From Azolla caroliniana (Eukaryota; Plantae; Polypodiophyta): DNA of 64,000 bases. Location: positions 8,494,001-8,558,000 of the forward strand of contig JBHGNT010000016.1 in the NCBI GenBank assembly GCA_043228905.1, in the 5' to 3' direction. The notes under the pieces were generated by a model. That model had not been told where the DNA came from. It searched no databases and saw nothing but the letters and a program-made list of their open reading frames with translations. Both the position numbers and the translations under genes were made by a program. Positions 1-10,700 of this stretch are shown here, in pieces (the first letter of the stretch is position 1; every line of letters starts with the position of its first letter).

Positions 1-1010
1 TACAAGAATCTCCTTTACGTCCCTGATGGATCACCCCGCCTTCAAGTATTAGAGCATTGTCATGATGCCCCTATGGCTAGACATTTTGGTATTGCTAAGA
101 CCATGGAGTTGGTGAAGCACTCGTTTTGGTAGTCTCATTTGCAAAATTTTGTCGAAGATTATGTTCGTACGTGTGAGACCTGTTGTCGAGCCAAAATACC
201 CAGGCATCATCGTTATGGCTTGTTACAACTATTACAGCTTCCAACCAAGCCACGACAATCTATTTCTATGGATTTGATTACAGATCTGCCACCTTCACAA
301 GGATTTGATACTATTTTAATAGTAGTGAATCGGTTTACCAAGATGATACATTTTTTACCATGTGTAAAGAGCATCAGTAGTCACGAAACCGCAAATATCA
401 TTATGCGTGAAGTATTTCGCCATCATGTTCTTCCAGACGATATAATTACTAATCGTGGTCCTCAATTTAACTCTCACTTTTGGAAGGACTTATGGGCAGG
501 CCTCAAAATATCCTGCAAACTCTCTTCGGCTTATCATCCACAAACCGACAGACATTTTGCTCACTATTACAATAAATATGCAACTGAGCTTAAGGTTCTT
601 CGAGAATACATCGAGGAGAATCTTGCACATGGGTTTATTCAACATTCAAAGTCTCCATCCGGTGCTCCTATATTTTTTGTGAAGAAAAAGGATGGGTCAC
701 TTTGTTTGGTCGTGGACTATCGGGGATTAAATAAAGTCAACATAAGAAATAGGTATGCTCTTCCTTTAATCTCCAGTCTTTTAGAGTGCATTGGTGGGGC
801 AAAACATTTTACAAAGATTGATTTAAGGGGTGCATATAATCTTGTTTGCATTCGACCGGGAGATGAGTGGGAAACGGCATTTCACATTCGCTATGGTCAT
901 TTCGAGTATATCGTCATGCCTTTTGGGCTCACAAATGCACCCGCAGTTTTCCAACATATGGCAAATGACATTTTCGGGGATTTTTTGGACATCTTTCTCA
1001 TAATCTATTT
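1..1010 (+). mobile_element. Degenerate Ty3/Gypsy (Tcn1-like chromovirus) pol fragments: integrase (1-~550) joined directly to reverse transcriptase (~575-1010)
   Basis: Integrase zinc finger/core motifs ([27 protein letters not shown]) are followed in the same ORF by RT motifs ([38 protein letters not shown]). The domain order is rearranged relative to Gypsy. Confidence 0.85.
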
Positions 1011-1350
1011 AGAATCTCTGTATACGTGTGCCAGGTTTCGGGATCTTCGATGGGTTTTTGTGGTCTTGGTTCCCATAATCTCTTCCATGCAATGGTGCAA
1101 TCGCTACTCATGAGCATATGGTAGAGTTCCCAATATTGAGATGCCTCCCATGCTCGTCTCTTACGACGTGTCATCTTGCATATTTCTTTGAGAGCTTGTA
1201 CTGAGGTAATACTACCACTGAGTTGCGATATTGTAAGTTGTCTATGTAAGTTCCTACAATCCTCATCATACCATCTATTATAGAAGAGTGGTTGCCATTT
1301 CTTACCAGTGTTTGTGTGCAATGCAATGGTGATGAAAGACAACTTTCCAC
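1011..1350 (-). mobile_element. LINE ORF2 fragment (endonuclease-RT linker region)
   Basis: ORF 998-1342(-) contains RWYDEDC...RRKRRAWE...AWKRL, resembling the W(F/Y)DxEC linker of LINE ORF2. Confidence 0.55.
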
Positions 1351-1815
1351 TTGAAAAGGTCTAAAAAGACATACTTTACATCTGGTGCACTATGAAAAAA
1401 ATTGAAGCAAGCATATTAGCCTAACCATCTAATTGTATTGTTATCCTTGTTTTCTAGGAAGTTGTTTATTTGCAAACCAATTTCTACTTATATACTCAAC
1501 ATTTTTACGAGCACATCACAATATTATCAATGATCATCTTTATTGAGATTCATATATGTTGTTTGGTATACGCAGAGCCATAACATAGTGACATTACAAG
1601 CAATACAAGACAAATATACAATGACTCGTTTGATGAGTGGCCATAACTCATACACTTACTCTTCCAACAAACGTTTCATTGCCCTTTCCTCTTTATGTTA
1701 ACATTTTTTGTTATCGATATGAATAGGTTTAACATGTTGTATGCCATTTCCCTTACATAGAATGATCCTTTTTTCCGTCTTAAGTAGTGTATAGATTAAA
1801 ACCCTTGCGAGATAA

Positions 1816-2865
1816 TGTTACAACTAGGGTAGAGAATTAAGAGGATGAATGAATAATGTAGGCTAGAGGGCTTGAGACTGGTGTTGAACCGGAATGACTT
1901 GGAAATAGTGAGGGGCTTCAATTTATAAGAGCAGGTGATACCGCTATCGTGAATCTATAGAAAGATATTTCCCATTTGGAGCTTATGACGAGTAGCATGT
2001 AAGAATTTTCGGTTCATGAATCGGAGTTCAAAAGCCCAAGATACAGCCTCCGGAAAGATTAATGTTACTATCAAGATCACTCAAAACAGAAATGTAATTA
2101 TATCAAAAGGGGGAGTTCGAAATTAAATGAGGGTGATTTCGTAGTTTATCAATTGTAAAAGTATATAAAATAGAATTTGTAAATTAAAAATTAAAAAAAT
2201 AAAAAAAATATAGGATAGTCGAGAGCCAAGCGACGACCGTGGACGACTACTACCGAGAAAGGCGACGGCCAAACAGATGATGGGGGCCATCAAACAAAGA
2301 AAGTCGACAGACAGGCCACGGACAACTAGCCAATTGGCTAATGAACAGAAAATCAGGCTGACAACCACCAAAAAGAGGGATTTTGCCAAAAAGAAGTAAA
2401 GAATCAAGAACAAGAAGAGGAAGAAGAAATGGAACCATGGAAGCTGCAATGGTTGCTGTAAGCAGATGAAAACACGAAGACAAACGAAATAGAGAAGAAC
2501 AACAACACACAACAAGAGATGAAGGGAAGGAAAACGAAGATAGAGCATTAGAAAGACGACGAAGAAGAAAGGACCTACATAGAGAGACAAACAAACATTT
2601 GATTGAGACAACCCAGATGGAGCAGGAGATGACTGAACCAAGAAAACTAAGGAAGAGAAGGAGAAGAAAGAAGAGCAAAGAGGAAAGAATGAAGAAACCG
2701 AAAACTAAAAAGAAGAAGAGAAAGGGAAGGGCATCAAAGAGAATTTCAGAAGTTTGAGGGCACGATGGAAAATTTCAAAAACCAAAGTGAAGAAAGTTAT
2801 ATATAAAAAAAAAAGACAACAACATAAGGGTAGTTATTAAAATTTCAAAAATTGAGGCTACGACA
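1816..2865. mobile_element. LTR-like segment (TG...ACGACA), same family as the solo LTR at 49620-50530
   Basis: About 1950-2150 is the reverse complement of about 50320-50500 (shared ...catgta.gaattttcggttc.tgaatcggagttca.aagcccaagata.agcctccgga...). It ends CTACGACA at 2865. The left boundary is uncertain. Confidence 0.5.
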
Positions 2866-3534
2866 TAGAAGTTCGGAAACCGAATGGCTCAAAACTCACT
2901 ACCACTCCCAATAATGTAGAAATACATATATATATACACCCACAATCTTTTTTAACCCTTAATGACTTTATCACAATGGACGAGCCGATTGGTGTATGAT
3001 CCAATCGTGCGTTATACTGACAGAACGAGAAGGTTCGTGTCAAGCTAGCTTCGATCGAAGTTATTGATCGTCGAGAAGTGTTCCAGTCGAGGGATTTCTG
3101 AACGTCGAGAGAAGACCGTTGATGTTTCCGATCAATAAGTTTTTGGCATAGGCTTTGTGGGATCGACGTGCAAAGCATTGTCCCACGGGCGTGCCAGGTG
3201 TTACCCATATAGGTATACGGGAGGGTTAAGTGTAATGTGAAAGGTGTAATGTGGAATATGAAATGTGAATGTGTGAGTGTGTGAGTGTTAGGTGAGGTAA
3301 GTAGGTGTACCTACGTCCATTCAACTTTTTGTAAAGATCTTATATAAATCGTCACTCATGGGGCATGAAAATATGGAATATTGAAGCTACCCACAAATAG
3401 TGTCTGTCTCGATTCTCTCTCTCTCTCTCATTCGTTCTCTCTGTGCATCTCATCTCTCCCTCTCTCCTCTCACACTCGAACCCCCTTGGGAGGGGGGTGG
3501 AGCCGATCTCTGCTCCACCCCCCACCCATAAACA
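2866..3534 (+). mobile_element. 3' end of a putative non-autonomous LTR element: tRNA-like module (3157-3196) followed by an LTR (3199-3534)
   Basis: The LTR runs TGTTACCC...CATAAACA with TATATAAA at ~3341 and a CT-rich tract. It is preceded by TCCCACGGGCGTGCCA-gg. Its right end abuts Gypsy RNase H codons (GYAQVKRELWG). Confidence 0.6.
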
Positions 3535-5352
3535 GATATGCACAAGTTAAAAGAGAATTATGGGGAGTTGTGTTGGCAATAAAATCAGATCAAGATTATT
3601 TGATTGGAGCCGAAGTAGTGATCGAAACAGATTGTCTTCCGATACTCGGGATGATGCAATGTTGCACGGTACCAGATGTGGCTATGTTAAGATGGATTGC
3701 ATATGTAAAGTCACTTAACCTGGAGGTTCGACATATCTCTAGAAAAGACAACAGGATAGAAAATATGTTATCAAGTGCCCGGTTCGAAGATGACATACTC
3801 GAACCGGATAATGAAGAAGTTTCCGAAGACTACTTTACTTCGAAGCACATATGCTGGGTGAACGTGAATCGGGAGTTCCGGGAAGATGAATACAAGGGAG
3901 AAAGCTTACTGACTCAGAAAGTGCTACAAGAAATCGAGTAATCATCGGACAATAAAGAAAAGAGAGCCGAGATCCGAAGGAAGAAACGGCAAGTCCGGAA
4001 GTTCTTCTTGAACAATGGATTAATTTGGAGGGAGCCGAAAAGACTGGATGGTATACCACTCTGGGTAGTCTGCACAAAGGAACAACAGAAATAAGTAATA
4101 TCCGAATTTCATGAATCTAATTGGGTTGGACATCGGGGAACATGGGCAACATTTGCAAAGATCAAGCAAAAATATTGGTGGAAGAATATGTACAAGGATG
4201 TACAAAGATTCACCGAAAGATGCGAGAAATGTCAAATCTACTCCGGAGTTCAACACCTGGATGAATTACATCCGACATTCTCACCGACAATCAACTTTAA
4301 ATGGATGGTTGACATTGTGGCCATGCCAACCGGGATCAGACATAAGAAGTACTTGGTGCTAGCGCGGGAGAGTCTGACAAGTAGAAGGTCGGGCGTTACG
4401 GAGAAAAGCATGTTCTGTAGTATGCCAGTTTTTCCTGGAAGAAGTGTTTTGCAGATACGGGTGCGTAGGACAAGTGATTGCGGATTGGGGAGAACTTGTC
4501 TCTGATAAAGCTAGGGAATTCTTCGTTAAACATGGAGTACAGCTGACACTAATCACATCATACAATCCAGAAGCAAACGAGAAGATCGAACGAGGGCATA
4601 GTCCAATTGTAAAAGCACTTGCAAAAGTGTGCGGCGGGAGGGTGAAGAATTGGCCGCAGATGCTTCCGTATGCACTATGGGCAGATCGCATAACACATAG
4701 TTCCGTGACCAGATATATGCTAGCGGAACTTATGACCCGGCAAGCTCCGGTAATGCCTATGGAAACCACAATTGCAACATGGGCAGTGCTACCATGGAAG
4801 TAAGAGATGAGTCGGGAAGAACTACTAACGGTCCGGATACGACAGCTAGAAGGAAGGCCGGAAGACGTAGCGGAAGCAGTGCACTGACAACAAGAAGCGC
4901 AATTTTAGAACAAACATTGATTCGATTAAAAGCACCGACTTCGACCGTGGAAGATAGAAGAAGGGGATTGGGTGGTAGTCTACGACAGTAGTCTGGATCA
5001 TCAACACAGGTCAATACGAAAATTTGCTAAAAGGTGGTTCAGACCATACGAAGTTCAAAAAGCATTCGACAACGGAACTTATCGGCTAAGTGAGCTAGAT
5101 GACACAATTCTTCAAGTGCCTATAGCAGGGAAGCAAGTGAAGATTTTTAAGAAGCAAATTGATGATGAACCCTACGTAGTCTTAGACAAACCCGACACAA
5201 AGGATCAATCGGATAACAATCACGAAGGTGTAGAAAGAGAGGAAAGTGAGTTGGATTTAATAATCGACATAGGGTGCTTTGGACGACGAAGAGTAACAAG
5301 TACCGGAAACTTCGACACATACCAGAGGATGTGCAGGTTTGGAGGGGGTGAA
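3535..5352 (+). pseudogene. Degenerate Ty3/Gypsy pol 3' half (RNase H, integrase) of the 'FLDD' lineage, ending in a PPT
   Basis: RNase H YAQVKRELWGVV...ETDCLP...RWIAYVK; integrase CEKCQ...KWMVDIV...YNPEANEKIERGH...LPYALWADR; PPT GGAGGGGGTGAA followed by LTR TGTCGT at 5353. Several stops and frameshifts. Confidence 0.9.
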
Positions 5353-5823
5353 TGTCGTAGTGTACTTTGTGCACTACGTAAAATATGTGTGGAGTACCCG
5401 ATTGACTAAGTGTAAAGAAATAGGAGAAAATACTACAATAATTATATTACATGCATGGGGTAGGATTTGAACCATGTACCTCCATGTTAACAATTTTAAG
5501 CCTTACCATTGTATTAACACATTATGTGTTTTAAAGTTATTACGAATTGTGAGTTCTAGACCGTGAGGTCAATACAAGGAGTGCGAACGATATACAATCG
5601 GTGGGTGAATGTGAGATTAAGAGTGAGAATTATATATAGAGAGAGAGATAGATAGATAGAGATAGAGAGAGAGAGAGAGAGAGAGATATGTACAAAGTTT
5701 AGAGAGAGAGAGAAATAGACTAAAAACTAATTCATATTAAGAAACTTAAAAAATAATACAAAGAAATGGTCGATGTGGCAAACTAGTTTAGAATTGGAGG
5801 GGTTTATATAGGGAAGATAAGGG

Positions 5824-5888
<65 letters not shown>

Positions 5889-6633
5889 TGTGTGTGTGTG
5901 TTCAAATTTGATGATGTAGGAGATATGGGGTTTGATATATTTGGTGTGGGATAGAAGATTTTTTGGAGTTATTTGAAAAACATGTAGGGGAGTGTGAGAG
6001 AGAAAGAGAGAGGAAGGGTAGGAGAGAAGTGTGTGAGGTGGGAGTTAGGGATGGTGAAGTATGTTAGAATGTATGGAGATCTTTGAAAAAAGGAGGGGGG
6101 TAGGAAGAATTGGAGGGTATATTGGAAATTAAAGTGGAGGAGGAAAGGGTAGAGTGAGATTAAGAAGAATGAAAGGGGGAGGGGTCCGAGAAAATTACTA
6201 AAAGAGGGAGGGGTATGAATGTAATTCTAGAAAAAAGGAAGGGGGAAAGGGGTAGATTGAAATTAGTGAACGAGACAGGGGTAGAGTAAATTGACAAAGT
6301 GGGAATGAAGTGAAAAGATCACCAAGAACGATTCAAGCGCACCCAAATCGTTTCATATACTTGGCGTGAGTTAGGGAAAGGTAGGGGTAAAGTTAGAGTG
6401 GCAATGAAAAAGTAAAGGGAGGGGTAGAAGATCAAATTAGGAAAAATAAGGGGGAGGTGATGGTTAGAAAAAAATAATAAAATTTGGAAACAATAAAAGG
6501 TGAGGGGAGGGGTAGGATTAGAAAATAGGAAAAAGGAGAATGAGGGGAAGAGGCTAAAAATTAAGAGGTGAGGGGTAGAATTGGAAAATAGGAGAAACTG
6601 AATTAGGGGAGGATGCTAAAAGTTAAAATGTGA

Positions 6634-6915
6634 GGGGTAGAGTTAAAGATAAGGAAAAGTAAGGGGAGGGTATAGTGAAAATATTGAAAAGTTTGGGAAG
6701 GGGTAGAGTTAAAGATAAGGAAAAATAAGGAGGAGGATATAGTGAAAATATGGAAAAGTTTGGGAAGGGGTAGAGTTAAAGATAAGGGAAAGTAAGGGGG
6801 AGGGTATAGTGAAAATATGGAAAAGTTAGGGGAGGGGTAGAGTTAAAGATAAGGAAAAGTAAGGGGGAGGGTATAGTTGAAATATCGAAAAGTTAGGGAA
6901 GGGGTAGAGTTGAAA
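6634..6915 (+). repeat. G-rich tandem repeat, 66-67-bp unit (two ~33-bp subunits), about 4 copies
   Basis: GGGGTAGAGTT(A/G)AA recurs at 6634, 6700, 6767, 6834 and 6901. Confidence 0.9.
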
Positions 6916-7424
6916 ATAGGTAAGGGTATGTTGAGAATTAGGTAAAGATAAAAGAGGGGTAAAGTTAATATAAAGAGAGGTTGTAATTCTTGGTGATCTT
7001 TTCACTTCATTCCCACTTTGTCAATTTACTCTACCCCTATCTCGTTCACTAATTTCAATCTACCCCTTTCCCCCTTCCTTTTTTCTAGAATTATATTCAT
7101 ACCCCTCCCTCTTTTAGTAATTTTCTCGTACCCCTCCCCCTTTCATTCTTCTTAATCTCACTCTACCCTTTCCTCCTCCACTTTAATTTCCAATCTACCC
7201 TCAAATTCTTCCTACCCCCCTCCTTTTTTCAAAGATCTCCATACAATCTAACATACTTCACCATCCCTAACTTCCACCTCACACACCTCTCCTACCCTTC
7301 CTCTCTCTTTCTCTCTCACACTCCTCTACATGTTTTTCAAATAAGCCCATAAAATCTTCTATCCCACACCAAATATATCAAACCCCATATCTCCTACATC
7401 ATCAAATTTGAACACACACACACA

Positions 7425-7499
<75 letters not shown>

Positions 7500-7512
7500 C
7501 CCTTATCTTCCC

Positions 7513-7520
7513 TATATAAA
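7513..7520 (+). promoter_or_regulatory. TATA box upstream of the hammerhead motif
   Basis: CCCTATATAAACCC lies ~16 nt before stem I and ~58 nt before the predicted cleavage site. Confidence 0.4.
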
Positions 7521-7535
7521 CCCCTCCAATTCTAT

Positions 7536-7593
7536 ATGGTCGTGTGCACTGATGAGCTCCTTACGAGCGAAACTAGTTTGCCACATTGACCAT
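7536..7593 (+). ncRNA. Minimal type-I hammerhead ribozyme
   Basis: Stem I 5' strand ATGGTCGTGTGCA (7536-7548); CTGATGA (7549-7555); stem II GCTC-cttac-GAGC; GAAA (7569-7572); palindromic mini stem III ACTAGT; NUH = GUU (predicted cut after 7578); stem I 3' strand TGCCACATTGACCAT (13 bp with 2 single-nt bulges). Confidence 0.8.
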
Positions 7594-7785
7594 TTCTTTG
7601 TATTACTTTTTAAGTTTCTTAATATGAATTAGTTTTTAGTCTATTTCTTTCTCTCTAAACTTTGTACATCTCTCTCTCTCTCTCTCTCTCTCTCTATAAT
7701 TCTCACTCTTAATCTCACATTCACCCACCGATTGTATACCGTTCGCACTCCTTGTATTGACCTCACGGTCCATAACTCACGATCG

Positions 7786-10700
7786 AGAAGCTTGACAGAA
7801 ACAACTACGCGTCTTGGTCCTACAAGATGCACCAGTACCTGCTCGTGCATGGATATTGGAGTTATGTCGATGGAGCAAATGACCCAGCACCCGATTCGAC
7901 ACACAAAGACTTCCCGGCTTGGGAACAGTCCACGAGCAAAGTTCTCTATTGCTTCACGTCTTGTGTGGGCAAACAGCTTCTGAGCTATATTCGGGATGCG
8001 AAAATGCCGAAGGATGCTTGGGGAAATCTGAAAAAGATTTTCGCCACAAGCACCACAACCAAAAAGCTCCAACTTCGACAAGAGTTGAGCAACTTGCCAC
8101 AATGCGATTTGTCGGTGGCTGATTACACCTCAAAGATCAAATACATATGCGACTCCTTAGCCTCCATTGATGTGAACGTCGAGGAAGGCGAGATGGTGCA
8201 GATCTGTCTCGGGGGACTGGCATCAAAGTTCGGAGCATTCCGAACGGAGGGAGATAGGCCCCGTGGTTGTGGCGGACGAGGCGAGTCGGTGCGCAATGGA
8301 AGTGGCCAACGGAATCAAGGAAGAAGGCACTGAAGTGATGCCGAAAACAATTTTGGACCCTTCGAAAATAGGGGGAGTTGAGGCGACGAGAAGCGGCAAG
8401 GGAAACCCGTCGTGGAATGTTGGTACTGTGGCAAGAAAGGCCACAAGGAGAGCGAGTGTTGGAAGAAGTGCGCCGATTCGGAGAGGAATGGATCTGGATC
8501 AGACTCCGGACAAACAGACAAAGGAAATCGGCAACGATTGCACTACGCCGAAGGATCTGAAAAAGTCAAAAAAGGGTCAACCTTCGTGATGAGACACGAA
8601 GCGAACTCGATGAAGGAGTCCACCCCGAAATCGGACGAGGTGTGGTACGTTGACTCCGGTGCATCAAACCACATGACGTGCCACAAGGAGTGGTTCTCAT
8701 ACCTTGAGAAACCGATGCAACCAGGAGTAGTCGCAACCGGAGACGACACTCCGCATCCGATCGCGAATGTCGGTGAAGTTCCCTGAGCCATGTCGGGCAA
8801 AAAGGGAAACTCATGAACATGTTACACGTCCTGACAATCGCGAAGAATCTGGTGTCGGTCGGGCAAATCGTCGACCAGGGGATGCAAGTCCGGTTCACGC
8901 ATCTTGGGTGCTTCGTCGAGGAAGAAGGCCGAGGTATTGCGCAAGGGCGCAGAGAAGGGAGGATGTTTATCCTCGACTCTAGTAACGGTGGCACCGCAAT
9001 GTTCATGAAAGAACAAAAATTCGAGTCGGATATTGACTTATGGCACAAGCGGATAGGCCACGTCAACTATCAACGGCTCTAGGACTTGCAATCGAAATAG
9101 GTGGTGTTCGGATTGCCCAAATTTAGTGGCCGAAAGGCCCAAATTTGTGACGCCTGCTAGCTAGGGAAACAACATCGACTTCCTTCCCCCAACGAGCGTA
9201 ACTAGAGACGGAATAAGCTCGACTTGATACATTCGGATGGATGGGGGCCGACACAAAACGTTAGTCTTGGTGGGAGTCGATATTTCATCTCCTTCATCGA
9301 CAACTATACATGGCACACGTGGATCTACCTCATTGAGAAGAAGAGTGAAGTCTTCGACTGTTTCAGGGACCTCAAGAGTTTCGTCGAAAGGGAAATAGGA
9401 AGAAAGATCAAGTGCCTATGGTCAGAGGGTGGAAAAGAGTACTTTTCCAGTCAATTCAACGGGTATATGCAATAGATGGGAATTCGGCGCGAATTCAGTT
9501 GCAGATATATGCCGGAACAGAACGGCATGGCCGAAAGGAAGAATCGGTTGATCGGACGACTGAGTCGGTTTGACCAGTTTGAAGAAGAGCCGGCGAGTAC
9601 TGAAGACTCGGCCGTGCATTCCCCATGTAGGAAGCCGAGGAGACGGCTTACGCGCAAGGAAGAAGGGAAGAAGAAGGCGTCAGATTACGGCACGGATAAG
9701 AACGAGTTGGATCGACGTGAGTCTGACTCTGAAGGAAGTGATGATTGGTCTTCGAGAGCGAAGTCCGCATCAGCCAAGAAAGCCTCAACATCGGCTAATG
9801 AGCAATTACGCCGATCTACTCGCCAGAAGAACCTTGTTGTGCGGTTCGGATACAACAAGTATATGGCGCATCATTATGCGTACATGACGCGTGTAGCGGA
9901 AGTGTGTGAGCCGGAGAGATACGCAGAAGCGGCGAAGGACACGAATTGGTGTGATGCAATGGAGGAAGAGATACGCGCATTGGCGGAAAATGAAACCTGG
10001 AACCTGATTGACGCACCGAAAGGTGTGAAGCCAATCGGATGTAGGTGGGTGTACAAGGTCAAGTACAACATTGATGGCTCGGTCAACCGATACAAGGCCC
10101 GGTTAGTAGTGAAAGACTACGCGCAACAACACGGCATCGACTATGATGAGCTATGGCGACTGTCTGTCTGTGTTTTGCTCTCTGTAGCTGCGGCGAAGGG
10201 GTGGCATTTACATCAGATGGATGTCAAGAATGCGTTCCTGCAAGGTGAGCTTGAGGAGCAGGTGTACATGGTACAACCCCCCAGATTTCACTCTGGAATG
10301 AACACTTCGGCAGTGTGCCGGTTGAAGAAGTCCCTTTACGGACTAAAGCAAGCCCCGTGTGCCTGGAATGCGAAGATCACGCAATGATTGTGTCGGATGG
10401 GCTTTGCGACATCAAAATCAGACTCCTCACTGTTCATGCAGAAAGGTCGGCTCGAGCCGGTTAGCATTTTACTTTATGTTGATGACTTGGTCATCACCGG
10501 CGCCGACCTAGGTGAGATTGACCGCGTGAAGCTCTAGCTTGCGGCATCATTCGACATGAAGGATCTGGGGGACCTTCATTACTTCCTTGGGATCGAAGTG
10601 ATCTGCACCCCCGAAGGCATACTGATCAGCCAACGTCATTACGTGGTGAGTATGCTCTTCAAATTCGGGATGGCCGACTGTAAGTCCGTCTTGACTCCTC

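Larger units (their letters stand above)
5548..7780. repeat. Large foldback: inverted arms ~5548-6328 and ~6987-7780 around a 658-bp purine-rich spacer
   Basis: The arms are reverse complements (e.g. ccgtgaggtcaatacaaggagtgcgaac / gttcgcactccttgtattgacctcacgg; aagatcaccaagaa / ttcttggtgatctt). They differ by scattered substitutions, microsatellite lengths and a 36-nt indel. Confidence 0.95.

Noticed and set aside
139-1113. 324-aa ORF with integrase before RT as a novel domain order
   Set aside because: Both domains are truncated at an abrupt junction and the ORF ends in antisense LINE sequence. It is a chance in-frame fusion of fragments.
2123-2678. Hydrophobic 172/142-aa ORFs resembling membrane proteins or env
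   Set aside because: They are antisense translations of a GA-rich low-complexity LTR tract.
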